From Azolla caroliniana (lineage: Eukaryota > Plantae > Polypodiophyta): a DNA stretch of 64,000 nt. This document shows positions 23,189 to 35,960 of this stretch, in pieces. The notes under the pieces were generated by a model. It saw only the letters and a list, made by a program, of their open reading frames with translations. It was not told the origin of the DNA and searched no databases. The stretch's first letter is position 1. Each line of letters starts with the position of its first letter. The position numbers were made by a program, and so were the translations under genes. The stretch spans positions 12,896,001 through 12,960,000 of the forward strand of contig JBHGNT010000012.1 of the NCBI GenBank assembly GCA_043228905.1, written 5' to 3'.

Positions 23189-26100
23189 TTATGGTGCGGA
23201 TTCTCCGGCTCTGTCCTGTTCGGCGGTGAATGGGTTAGGTGGCATAGGGCCCAGGTAAGGTTTGAGCCGAAACCCATTTACCTCTTGCCGGACTACTTCC
23301 TCGGCCAACGTACCTAGTTGGAACGTGCTTTGTTCCGCTCCAATTATCCAGTATGGGCTGGTCCAACGGAATCGTAACTTCCTCGGCATATGGCCCATGC
23401 GAGTTTGGAAAACCAGCACTGCTCGATCCACGACGAACTCCTTTTCCCTTGCGTTCCGATGTCTATCCACAAACGCTTTACGCCGTCGTTGTTCCTGCTC
23501 CAACACAGCCATGTTGTGGACACGTTTTTCCCCTAGTTCGAGGAGTTGGTGGAGCCGTACGTCCTCCGACTTGGCTTCTGATAGTCGGTTCCATACCTGA
23601 ATTCGTAGACTAGGTACCTGAAATTTGACCGACATCACAGCCTGCAGCCCAAACGCTAGTCGAAATGGTGTTGACTGTATGCTTGTTTTGTAGCTGGTTC
23701 TGTACACCCATAACGCACTCTGTAGTTTGGTATCCCAGTCCGTTCTATTTTCATTGACGATTTTCTTCAAAATGGTCTGCAACGTCTTGTTGGTGGATTC
23801 TGCTAATCCATTCGCCTGCGGATAATATGGCGTACTCTTCTTATGGACTACGGCGTAATGATGTAATAGTTCTCGAACAACCGTATTGAGAAAGTGGCTC
23901 CCCTGATCACTAATAAGCTCAATCGGACAGCCGAACCGACACCAGATGTGCTCGTAAAGGAATCTGGTTGTGACGGCTGCCGTATTTTCACGTAGTGCCT
24001 TTGCTTCTACCCATTTGGTGCAATAATCCGTGGCTACCAATATGTATTTATTGCCCGTACGGACTGCCGCCGGTGTGAACGGCCCCACAAAATCCAATCC
24101 CCACTTTTGGAAGGGGTCTAGCGGTAATACGGGCTGGTGTGGCATCCTTGCGCCCTCCGCAGGTTGTCCCATATGTTGACACAAATCACATTGTCTACAA
24201 TACGTGGATGCGTCCTTCTACGTTGTTGGCCACCATAAGCCCGCCTGCCATACTTTCCGGGTTGTAACATCGCCCACGTAATGGCCGCCTGCCGTGCCGC
24301 AGTGTGCCTCCCGTAAAACTGCTTCCTTCTCATCCTACCGTACCCCACGTCGCCAAATGCCGTCATTTCCTTTGTGATATAAAACGCCTTCGACGAGGCA
24401 GAAGTGACAGCTTCAGACGGCTAGTCGTTTCTTCTCGTCCGTGCGTAATTGTGGTGGAGGCAATCCCGTAGTCAAAAAGTATGTCATTTCCATAAGCCAC
24501 CGGTCTGGAAAGGTTGATTCCGTTCTTTCTGCTAGTGTCGCTACCCGCAGAATATCGGCGTCCGGAAAATCGTCGTCATCTTTCTATATTGTTTCTCCAT
24601 TCTCTAATCTGCTCAAAAAATCCGCCACTGCGTGTTGCGTCCTTGGTCGCTGTTGGATTACGAAATCGAACTCCTGGAGCAACAGCATCCACCGTGCCAA
24701 TTTCCTTGTCACGGCTTGTTTCTCCACCAAATACAATAGCGCCGAACGATCCATGTGGAACGTGAATGTCCTTCCTAATAAATAGTGCTGGAATGTATTG
24801 ATGTTATAGATCATCCCTAGCGCCTCCCGCTCCGTTGTGGAGTAGTTACGCTCTGCTGTTGATAATTTGCGACTAGCGTAGTATACTGGCCGGTACCAGC
24901 TTGGTTCGGTGACCTGCATTAGTGCACTTCCTATTGCTATGTCCGAGGCGTCGACAAACACGTGGAATGGCTTTGCACAAACTACTGGTTGTACGACGAG
25001 AGCCTGTGTGAACATTATCTTAAGTGCCTTGTATGCCTTATCCTCCGTAGCAGTCCATTGGAAAGGAGTCCGATGTACGGCAGCGTGTAATGGCTTGGCG
25101 AAGTCCGCCAAATACCGTATCATCCGACTATGCCACCGTATTTGTCCTAAAAACCGGCTGAGTGATTTGGCGTTTGTTTGAGTTTTGGCTTGCGTAATCG
25201 CGGAGATTTTGTTCGGGTCAACCACAATTCCCTCCTTGCTGACTATATGGCCCAAGAGAGTCCCACTGGTCACGCTGAAAGCACATTTCGTGGGATTTAA
25301 GCTTAAGCGTGTGGTGCGGCAACGTTCCAGGCACATTTGTAAGTGCAAAAAATGGTCTATTGTTCTCCCATATACCGCAAAGTCGTCTAAAAAAACTTGC
25401 ATGAATGCCGGAATGTATTCCCCAAAGATCTCTATAATTGTCCGTTGAAATGTTGTCGGCGCCGTCTTTAGCCCGAATATCATGACGACTGCCACATATA
25501 CTCCCCAATCCGTGACAAATGCCTTCTTTTCTTGGTCTTCAGGATGCATGCGTACCTGGTTATAGCCACTGAAGCCATCTAAAAAACTGTACACCTCTAA
25601 TTCTACATCCTCCACCCCAGTCAACATATTTATATCTTCTGCGTATAATGGTGTTATACCCTTCGGTTGTGGCGTGCTTCCTTCCGTAGGTATGCGAACC
25701 TTGGTGCATCCGTGTCGGAAACTGATACACTTGTGTTGCCAGCTTTGCTTGATATTTGCTGCCCAAAGCCATGGTCTGCCTAGAAGCACTAGGTACGCCC
25801 CTGGGGCATCCAAGGCGAGGACGACTGCCGAGATGTCGAATCGGTGTCCGCCCACGATAATGCCTATTTTGCGAATTAACCCTAATGGTCGTACTGAGCG
25901 GGTATCTGCCATTCAGAGCCAGAATGGGCAAGCCTCCCATTTTGAAATGCCTAACTGCTCGCAAGTTTTCGCGCTAATTACATTGACGCCTGAGCCGCCG
26001 TCGATTACGCATCCAGGAATTTCCTATCCGTGTAATATTAATGTAATAGCCAAGTTGTTCTGATCCACTACCGGCAGTCCATTGCTAACGTCTGTAAGGT

Positions 26101-27892
26101 TTGTAGAGATACTCACCTCGAGTATGCCTATCACCCATTCTTCCATGGTCTGGCGGAAGCGTGGGACTAGCTGCAGCAGTTTCTCCATGGTTAATGCTAT
26201 CTCACAGCCCACTAACGCCTGCCAAATGGGGTCTAGGACCGGTCTTTCGTCCTCTGCTCGCTCCATTGTGTTCGCGGACTCCTTCCGCATGCGTTCCATA
26301 TTTGTCGCGTTTGCTTTTTCCACCCACGCTTGGGCTTGTCGGAGTACCTCGTCTTGTGCAACCCAATCAATCGTTTTTGTTTGTTGGCGTGTCGTGACTT
26401 GCTGCACTTTCGCCGTAATCGTATTGACAGCTGGCCCCTTTCCCTTGCGTGTTGGGCATTGTGTGGCATAATGTCCGGGTTGCTGACAAATAAAACAATG
26501 GATGCTTGATTCACCCTTCTCGGCTCCTGGTGGTGTGTGCCGCTCCCCTGCTGCTACTTGCTCCTCGCGGTCCGGCCTCGTTTGTCGGAACATACGCGGT
26601 GGCTATTGTTGCTCCCGTCGTTGTTCCTGGTGCCGCTCATCCCCCGAGCTTTCGTCGTAACGCCGGTGATCTCGATATTGCCGTGGCTTACCACGATAAC
26701 CATTGAAGCCGCCCCGTTTGTTTGTCGGCCAGTGATTCTCATAGCGCCAACCCCCTTTGGCGTAACTCGGATGTCCACGATAATCCTCGTACTCTGGTTC
26801 GTCCTCCTTGGAATCGTTGTGATTTCGGCGATTCCGGTGGTGCTGGTCCTCCCGTGGGTTGCGATCCTTATACCGGGGTCGGTCTTCTTGCCTCCTTTGT
26901 TCAATCCGGTGTGGTTGACGTTGTGTGTCCATGCTGCGGACTGCGGGACTGGCTCTGTTTAACATATTGTATTTGCATTGGTCGACTATGTGAGCCTTCG
27001 AGTGGCAGATTGGGCAGTGGATTCACATATTGCACTCCACTGCGGAATGCCCCGAGTTCAAGCAAATCGTGCACTGGATTTCTTGACGAAACTGGCGTTC
27101 CTCGTCCTGAGGTAACGCTTGTCGTAAGGAGGACATAGAAAACCTTTCCTCCTTGTCATCCAACTCGAGTTGTAACGATCGTGCAATTACCATATCCGCC
27201 GTTTCCCCTTTCACGCTATTGTTGTTGAGCGTTGCCCGGATGGGCCGGCGTAAAGCTGCCAGAAATGTTTCTCGAGCCTTGTCCTCCGCGGGGCTCCATT
27301 CCAGTTTTCGTCATAAATTTTGGAAACGTAAGCTGAAGTCCACTATTGTCTCGGTCGGCAGTTGCTTAATCGTATAAAACTATCTAAGGATTTCGCGTTG
27401 TGGAACCCTCTGATGGAAGAATTGCAAGAAAGCGGACTGCAGCTGATCGAAGGTTGTTATTGCTGGTAAATCCATCTGTGAATGCCAAAACGCCGCTCGC
27501 CCATCTAATGTTAAACCGAACTCCGTCATTTTCGACTGGTGTGCTACCGCCTCCGAAAGGCTCTGCGTCATGTGGTTCGCATTCCAAATAATCAGGAACA
27601 TGCAAATATGAGTTGCGGCGTCGGTTTCGCCGTTAAAGCGGGGGTAGGCAAAGGCCATGGTGGGGGCTACGGTGGGTCGGGAAAGACCACCGGGTGGTTG
27701 TGGTGAGCGTAGTCCCTGCGTCTTGTCGAGGTATTTGGAGAGCGAAGAATCACCTTTGTACTCACGGCATGTAATACTGAGGTTGTTGAGGCGAGGCTTT
27801 CGCCGTGCGCGTTCTTTTGTCTGGCGTGTGACGGACCTTGTTATTGGCCGATCTTGTCGTGTTGGTTCTCTGGGGCGTCTACGGGTAAACAT
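23189..27892 (-). pseudogene. gag-pol: E5 gag-pol (gag with three CCHC knuckles, PR, partly deleted RT, RNase H, INT)
   Basis: FAYPRFNGE gag, IDGGSGVN protease, VFLDDF, VDASD, KWGLDFVGP, DQGSHF, PQANGLAE. Confidence 0.92.
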
Positions 27893-27926
27893 CCATTCGT
27901 CGTTGCTCGTCTATGAGAAGACACAG

Positions 27927-27942
27927 ATCACCAAGCGTGCCA
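27927..27942 (-). promoter_or_regulatory. E5 PBS, tRNA-Arg type
   Basis: LTR-CTTT-TGGCACGCTTGGTGAT, directly upstream of gag. Confidence 0.82.
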
Positions 27943-27946
27943 AAAG

Positions 27947-28382
27947 TGTTGCCGATTAGGAACACGGTCCGCGGTTAGTCCTTCAACCTAGATCTCCAAG
28001 TGGGTGTGGACCAACGAATAGGCGTCTAAACGTAATGCGTAGGGGAATGTTCCCTATAACCTATCAGCATATAAGGGAGACGACTACAACCGAATCCTTA
28101 GCAAGGGTTACACTTACATTCTTACACTTTCAGGTCTTCAAGACAGACACTATGGATTAGCCGTAACTATACACAAAGAATCAGAGAAGATAGAATTCTA
28201 TTATGAGACGTTTCTTACATTCCCAAAATTACACGCTCCCTCTATCAGAGGTTTTCTGCCCATTATATACACAGGGTCTATTTAGCCATTCACTCTTCCT
28301 GTGTGAACCGTTACATGCGTTATGATCTTATATTATTTCTTATTCCTACGCTCTTGTCCGTCGGTTACTATTCTGGCAGACA
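27947..28382 (-). repeat. E5 5' LTR (right end 28382 or 28385)
   Basis: TG/CA ends. E4 pre-integrase coding sequence resumes immediately after. Confidence 0.8.
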
Positions 28383-29905
28383 ACAAGTTGGCAGGCTTCA
28401 CATACTTGGGCCTTCCGGCCGCTGAACTTCGGTAAACCGAAAACAACTTGTTTCGTTTCCAGGTCTTGAAGCCTCTAGTAATTGACGTGGCCTATCCGCT
28501 TGTGTCACAGGTCGATCTCCGATTCGACCTTCTGTCGTTTTGCAAACAGAGCGGTGCCGACGTCATTGGTGTCAAGGATAAACATCCTCCTGTCTCTGTG
28601 CCCTTGCGCAATAATTTGGCCCTCTTCCTCGATGAAGCACCCGAGGTGCGTAAACCGCACTTGCATCCCCTGGTCGACTATCTATCCGACCGACTCCAGG
28701 TTCTTCGTGATTGTCGGAACGTGTAATATGTTCATCAACTTCCCCTTCTGTCCGACATGGCTCAAAGGGACTTCTCCGACATGCACGATTGGGTGAGGAG
28801 TGTCGTCTCCAGTTTCGACTACTCTTGGTTGATCCGGTTTTTCCAAAAAGGAGAACCACTCTTTGTCGCTCGTCATGTGGTTCGACGTACCGGAGTCAAC
28901 ATACCAGACTTCCTCCGATTTGGAAGTGGTCTTCTTCATCGAGTTCGCCTCGTGCTTCATCACCAAGGCTGGCCCGTTACCGTTCTTGGATCCTCCCGAT
29001 TCCTTCGCGTAGTGCGAGCTTTGCCGGCCATCCTTGCCGGATCCGGATTTATCTGAATCGGCTCGTTTTCTCCAGCACTCGCTTTCTCTATGGCCCTTTT
29101 TGCCACAATACCAGCATTTCGTAGCACATTTGTCTTTCCGGCCTCCGGCACGGCCTTGACTCCCCCTACCTGTGGAAGTCTTGGAGCTGCTGTCAGCACG
29201 TTCTCTATGCCTTCGTTCCTGCTCTCGCCGGCCGCCTCCATTGCGTGCTGACCCGTCTCGTCCGCCACGCCCACTGAACCGATCCGCCTCCATGTATAGC
29301 ATCCGGTTGTCAGTGGGTGCACTAGTTGACGCACCGGCGTGGTTCTCCCATACAAGGAGCATCGATTGTAAGTCAAAAAATGACGGCGTATTCTCCCTTG
29401 TACACACTGCTGTTCGGAATGCTCTGAACTTAGACGCCAGGCCCCCAAGACAGACTTGTACCATCTCGTCTTCCTCTACGGTAACGTTGATAGAGGCAAG
29501 CAAGTCACAGATCTCTTTGATTTGGACCGTGTAATCCGCCATCGACATGTCCTTCTGTCGGACATTGCTCAACTCCTGTCGGAGTTGCAGCTTCCGGGTT
29601 GTGTTGCTCACGGCGAAAACCTTCTTCAGGTTCCCCCAAGCCTCCTTCAACGTCTTGGCGTCTTGGATGTGGCTCAGTAGCTGGTCTTCGACACTGGACG
29701 CGGAGCAGTACATTACTCTGCTTGCCGATTGTTCCCACACTGGGAAGTCCTTATGTGCTGCATCAGGTGTTGTTTCGTTGGCTCCTTCAATGAAACTCTA
29801 GTAGCCATGCCCAAGCAGGTACTGGTGCATCTTATACGACCAAGATGCATAACTGGATATGTCGTGTTTCTCCACAGGGAGCGAGCTACCCATCCCTCTA
29901 TCCAT
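28383..29905 (-). pseudogene. gag: E4 gag, protease and pre-integrase
   Basis: NYASWSYKMHQYL, CWYCGKKGHRESEC, WYVDSGTSNHM. Confidence 0.92.
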
Positions 29906-30420
29906 CACTTTCTCTATCTACTATTTTACGACCTGTTAGGGATTGTTATCAGCGTTTGTCGACTGCAGAGGAGGTTCTCAACCCTCGCGCTCTGATACCA
30001 TGTAAACGATTACTTGCGGAAGCGTTAGAAAACAGAGAAAGTAGTGAATACACAGAGTATGCAGGAGAGAAAGAGAGAGTAGAACGTAAAAACTATATTC
30101 AAAAATATATAAAAACACTTTGTACATACAACTATGCTCAGTAGCATCATTTATACAAGTCCTCGTGGGACTGACAAAAGTGCTGCGTACTTCAATGCTC
30201 ACACGAGCATCTGACACTTACTACGAGACTATAATTGCCTAGTAGTCTACACTAATACTAGGCCTCTGGTTACTTATTGGATCCGGATAACCAGCTCCCC
30301 AGCTCACCGGCTCTGTTGCTTGCCGGCTTAGTTGCTCACAACTTACCGATCGGTCTCGCTTGTCGGCTCAGGCTTATTCAGCCGATCCGGCTCTAGTTGA
30401 GCTTGCCGCTCAACATTTCT

Positions 30421-31246
30421 CAAAGGCACTATATCCTCAATCTTCTTTACAAGTTTGGGATGACACAGTGTAAGGCCATCACTACCCCTCTTGATCGCAA
30501 CCTAAAGCTAGATGCCGAGTCAAGCATAAGAGAGTGTGAACCGACGCTCTAGCATCAACTAGTCGAAAGCCTCATCTACCTCACAATTACCCGACCCAAC
30601 TTGAGTTACGTGGTTGGCCTCCTTGGCCAGTTCATGAAAACTCCACGAGACATCCATCTCAACTGTGCTAAGCAAGTGCTAAGGTATGTGAGTGGAACCA
30701 TGGATCTTGACATCCTCTACAAATCGGCCACATTGATACGACTGGAAGGGTACATGGATGCCAACTGGGTTGGCTACAAAGCCAACAGATGATCAACCTC
30801 AGGGTTCATCTTCTCCCTCGATGGTGGAGCCATCTCTTGGAGCAACAAAAAGCAGTTGATTGTCGCTCTGTCGAGCACCGAATCCGAATATAGGGGCACG
30901 ACCGTTGTCACATGTGAATCCGTTCGACTCAAGGGAATCTTAGGATATAGGCGTTCCCCTGAAGGATCTGAATCTCCTCTACTACGACAACATGTGCAAT
31001 ATTCACCTCGCTCGGAAACCAGTCCTCCATGCTCGGTCTAAGAACATTGAGGTGCACTACCATTTTATCCAAGAACGTGTCCTGGCCAGAGATGTCAACA
31101 TGCAACACATCAACATGAATCTACAGACGGGTGACATTTTCACCAAGACCCTGGGAGTCGATAAATTGCGGCAATTGATGTTGAACCTGGGTCTTTCGAC
31201 CGTCAACCAGTCGAGGTTGAGGGGGAGTAAGGAGCAGCAGGAGTGA
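30421..31246 (+). pseudogene. pol: H1 Copia RT C-terminus and RNase H, segment 3
   Basis: QRHYILNLLYKFG...YLTITRP...GYMDANW...ALSSTESEY...HARSKNIEVHYHF...LRGS. Confidence 0.9.
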
Positions 31247-31333
31247 ATTGGCCATTCAAAGTCATTTGAAGTTGAAGCTAGAGTCGACTCAAAGTGTGAA
31301 CCAACCATACGACGATTCGATGACCGAAAGATA

Positions 31334-31692
31334 TGTTTGAAGGGCAACTCAACTTCCCCTGTGTGGAAACACACTCTAGGATACTCAAGTGTGTGACCAC
31401 CCCACCTCCTTGTATAGTAACTAGTGTGTCATAGAAGTTAATATCCTATGACACATATTCTTTAAGTAGTTAAGACACGACCTCTTTCCCAAGAGGTGGT
31501 ACTAGTGAGAGAACTTAGAGAGAATGGGACTAAATAAGCAAATTCTCCTTCTCTTTGTAACTATTGGTCATTTTTGTTTGCTTGTTAATACAACTTTTTG
31601 TTTTTCTGTAATCTTGATTTCTCTCTCTCTCTCTCTCTCTACACATACACACTTAATTCTTCTGCTACACAGAATCCATCGGATTCATTACA
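31334..31692 (+). repeat. Putative degenerate 3' LTR of H1
   Basis: The start TGTTTGAAGGGCAACTCAAC resembles family A TGTTGAGCGGCAAGCTCAAC. Has a CT microsatellite and a TACA end; boundaries are uncertain. Confidence 0.4.
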
Positions 31693-32009
31693 ATACTAAA
31701 TAACAATAATAGTTAATCAGCCTACTAATCGACTAATCGACTCCAGTGTCGACTGTCTAGTTGGCCTGACTAGTCAGCCTTATCGTCGACCCTCCGATCG
31801 GCCGGACTAGTCAGTCTTGTCTTCGACTTGGATCGTCTGATGTCAACTCCCCCTTGTCTTCGACTATCGGCTCTCAGCCCGACCAATCGGCTATTCCTTG
31901 TCTTCAACTATCGGCTCTTGGCCCGAACAATCAGCTACTCCTTATCCTCGATTGTCGGCTCTCGGTCCGCCCAACCGGCTCCTCCCATAGGAAGGACATA
32001 TTCCGAACA

Positions 32010-33919
32010 ATTCGGACTATCACTGGACAGTGCACGATAAGGATCCAAAATACTTCGAAGAGGCCGTTGAAATTGTTCTTCGTTATCAACGCACTTCAAA
32101 GAAGGACCATGGACTAAGTAGTTGCAAATAGTTGGGAAACGCAAGACACCCAACGAATTCATGGATCGCAATTATGAGCGACAAAATCATTTTCGCATGT
32201 TTTGCAAAAAGGTGGCTTCACCCCCCTCCCAAGGGGGATTATGTTAAAGAGAGAGAGAAGGAGAGTGAAAATAAAAAATGACACCAAATGACAGGGAAAA
32301 AGTTATATTCGTTATATGCCCCATAAGGGGTTTATATAGTACATGAGGTAACCGTTACAAAAGAATGAGACAAGCAGGGAGTTACATTACTAACCCACAC
32401 TCTCACTTTTGTACACATGCACACAAATGTGCATGTGTACATACACATACTCATCCTCACACACTCATACACATTACGCATACACAACAACAACTTTATA
32501 GTGTTCCACCTCCCCGTACAACTCCTACGGGTAAGATTCTTTCCGTTACTATGTATTGGGACCCAATGATTTAGTATGTGAAAACGGGTATATCAATGGA
32601 TCTTCCGTACAATTCTTATTTGATTCGGGAAGCTCACACAACTTTGTGAATGATCGTTTGGTTCAGATATGGGGAATCCAACCCACCGTAAGTGATCACA
32701 CCTATAAGGTGCACTTGGTTGATGGAAGAGTACAATACATCACCGGGATGATTCATTCATGAAGAATTTCAATTGATACTTATATAAAGGAACTAGATTT
32801 CCATGTAATGAATCTTTGTACCACTGATGTAATAGTGGGTTATCCCTGGTTTTTTACTAAAAACTCTTCTTTATCTATTGATTGGGTTCATCATTCAATT
32901 ACTTCTGTACTGAACGGTTGTACTCATTTTATTCAATGTGTAAATAAACAATCTCTTTCGATTGTTTCCTATCCATCAATAACCGAGTTGTCTTGTTCCT
33001 CTTTATTTTATTGTCTACTTGATCCGAACATTCATGTTTATAATATCAATAATGTCTCGGGTCAATTATCATATTTTACGAAACTTGATCTCCGTACGGG
33101 CTACCATCAAATTCGTATAAGTGGGGAAGATGTTCCTAAAACGACATTTCATATGCGCTATGGCCATTACACGGTTTAGGTCATGCCTTTCGGTTTGACC
33201 AATGCTCCAACCACATTTCAACAAGAAATGAATGACATCTTCCGTGAACAACTTGGAAAATTTGTCCTTATTTTCTTGGATGATATTCTAGATTATAGTC
33301 GTACATTAGAAGAACATGTTAAACATGTCCTCTTTGTTTTACAAACCTTGCATGACAAACAATTCTACACAAAGATCTCAAAATGCGAGTTCTTCAGGAA
33401 ATCAATTACTTATATTGGACATCTCATAACCGAACAAGGAGTTGAAATTGATCTTTCTTGTATCGATAAAGTCAAACTTTGGCCCACTCTTCCAAATATT
33501 CAAGAAGTTCGATCATTCCTAGGGTTTGTCGAGGTTTTCAAAAATCTCATTGGAATTATTCCCAATTGATGACGTCGTTTACTGATTTTCTCACAAGTCA
33601 AATGGGTAAGTCTACAAAACCTATTGTATGAAATGCTACACTAGACCTCGCCTTTAAGGAACTCAAGGACCTGGTATGCAAGGCTCCTTCGCTTCTTTTA
33701 CCAGATCCTTCAAAACATTTTCAGGTTGAAACTGACGCATGTGATTATGCTTTAGGTGTTGTATTCTATCAAGATGGTCAACCAATAACATTTGACAGTA
33801 CGAAACTTGATTCTATTGACTATCGGTATATCGTGCAAGAAAAGGAATTATTTGAAGTTATTCATGGACTAAAGTCATGGTGCCATTATGTTTATGGAAA
33901 TCATTTTGTGGTAACTATG
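32010..33919 (+). pseudogene. gag-pol: Chromovirus-type Gypsy remnant (gag C-term, PR, partial RT, RNase H)
   Basis: [43 protein letters not shown]. Same family as 33920-38074. Confidence 0.88.
32211..32535 (-). repeat. Truncated solo LTR related to E2 LTRs
   Basis: GCTTCACCCCCCTCCCAAGGGGG...TTTATATAGTAC...TGCACACAAATGTGCATG...TACGGGTAAG. No TSD, and flanking gag sequence is deleted. Confidence 0.82.
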
Positions 33920-33984
33920 GTATAGAATACTACGGTAAATTCTCACCACGGGATATTATATGGTCATGCCCGTAACATACTCCC

Positions 33985-35960
33985 CCTCTTTAAAACATTG
34001 CACTCTTGCAATGGAAAGTTAGGGAAGTTAGTTCTGAGAGTATTCTCGTGTTCCCATGTGGCATCTTTTATTTATTTTTCCATCCCTTTTATTTTAAATT
34101 CTCGGATTTCTTTAGTATGTAATTTTTTTGTTTTAACATCGAGAATTCTTTCTAGTACATGTGGCTTAGAAGATAAATCTTCAGAAGTAACCAGAGTTTC
34201 AGTTGTAATTGTATTGTCGCCAGAACCTAGAAGTTCTTTTAGACGACTCACATGAAAGACTGGATGAATTCCAACACCATCGGGAAGAGCGAGACGATAG
34301 GCTGATGACCCAATGCATTTGAGGACTGTAAAAGGTCCACAAAACCGTGGGGCTAACTTAGCGCACTTACCTGTAGACAATGTCTTAGAATTGTGAGGTA
34401 CACGTAAAAATACCTTCGGTCCAAGGTTGAATACACGAGGTTGCCTATGATGATCGGCATAAAAACGCACTCTATCTTGAGCTGTTTTTATATTATCTCA
34501 TGGAATATGCAACATATCTTGCTTATCCCGAAGAAAGTTTTGCGTACTTCGCAACTCATCATTATGTATATTAACATCAATCGGGGCTCGTGGCTGAAAA
34601 CCATACATCAACATAAAAGATGAGTGCAATCGTTCAGTACAAATGTAATTGAATGATGAACCAAATCAATAGATAAAGAAGAGTTTTTATTATAAAACCA
34701 GGGATAACCCAGTATTACATCGGTGGTCCAAAGATTCATTACATGGAAATCTACTTCCTCTATATAAGTATCAATAGAAATTACTAATGAATGAATCGCC
34801 CCGTTGATGTATTGTACTCTTCCATCAGCCAAGTGCACCGTATAGGTGTGATCATTTACGGTGGGTTGGATTCCCCATAATTGACAAAGTTGTGTGAGCT
34901 TCCTGAATCAAATAAAAATTGTACGGGAGATCCATTGATATAACCATTTGCATGTAGTAAATCATTGGGATCCAATACATAGTGAGGGAATGAACATTGG
35001 CAATTACTTAAATGATGTGTATAGACCTGAAGGACATTAGGAATCTGACCTTTATGGTCTGCAGCTTTAGCTTTGTTGTCGTGCTCTTTCCGTTGGAGCT
35101 TTCGACATTGCTCTTTTGTATGATCCTTCTTTTTGTAGAATACGCAAAAAGGATGTTGTTGCTTACAATCGCGGTCCATGAATTCGTTGGGTGTCTTGCG
35201 TTTCCCAACGAATTGCGACTGCATAGTCCCGGGGGCTTTGTTGGGTTTGTTGTGGTCCTTCTTCGAAGTGCATTGATAACGAAGAACTATTTCAATGGCC
35301 TCTTCGAAGGATTTTGGATCCTTATCATGCACTATCCAGTGATAGTCTGAATTGGGGATGCCATTGATAGAACAAGCTATTAACCAATTGTCCCCTTCTA
35401 GACCCGATTTTTGGATTTGGGTTCTAGCATGGTGGACATAGTCTTCTAGCGAAGAAAATTTCCGCCTAGAGAGGTTCATTAAAGCTTGTGCTGCCTCGGT
35501 TCGAGAGGGAGGTTGCATAAATTGGCCCTTGAAAACTGTGACAAAATCTGTCCAGGTATCGGGCAATTTCCCCAAAGTCTGGATCCCACGCCACCAGGCG
35601 GCGACCATACCCCCTAGTTCTCGGCCGACATATGCAATCTTCGTACTATCTTGCGTGGGATAGAGCTCAAAATGAGACTCCCATCAGCCTAGCCACATGC
35701 AAATTACTTCTTCGGTTCTTTCCTTTTTTTCTCCCATAAATGGCTTAACGACAAACGATGGTTCACCCTATCACTCATCAAGTCTATTAGTCTCACGTTG
35801 TAGACTAATGACACGTGCCTTGAGAGCACTTTGAGATTGCCAAAGTTCGGTCATCTATTGAGCGGTGAAACTAATGTATTGGGTTATTTGCGAAAAATAC
35901 ATCTCAATGGACATTTGTCAAGGAGGATTGCCTTGAGTTTCATCCGCTTGAGCGGATGAC
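33985..35960 (-). pseudogene. gag-pol: gag-PR fused by deletion to INT C-terminus/chromodomain
   Basis: ORFs 34856-35608, 34608-34838 and 34072-34470. RT, RNase H and INT core are absent. Confidence 0.85.

Larger units (their letters stand above)
15429..28382 (-). mobile_element. E5: Athila-like (non-chromovirus) Ty3/Gypsy element, 3' end deleted, contains E6
   Basis: 5' LTR 27947 to about 28382, PBS TGGCACGCTTGGTGA, gag-PR-RT-RH-INT order, FLDGFSGYNQ and LARWMLLLQEFDF motifs, no extra archaeal RNase H, and an extra 3' ORF. Confidence 0.88.
13127..30415 (-). mobile_element. E4: Copia family A element with nested E5/E6 and an internal deletion
   Basis: LTRs 13127-13533 and 30001-30415 (roughly 30 substitutions by eye), TSD TTTCT (13122-13126/30416-30420), iMet PBS at 29989-30000 and PPT at 13534-13546. 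Confidence 0.95.

Noticed and set aside
31720-31990. Distinct satellite of TCGAC/CTAGTC-rich motifs
   Set aside because: No fixed period; probably decayed retroelement non-coding sequence that cannot be assigned.
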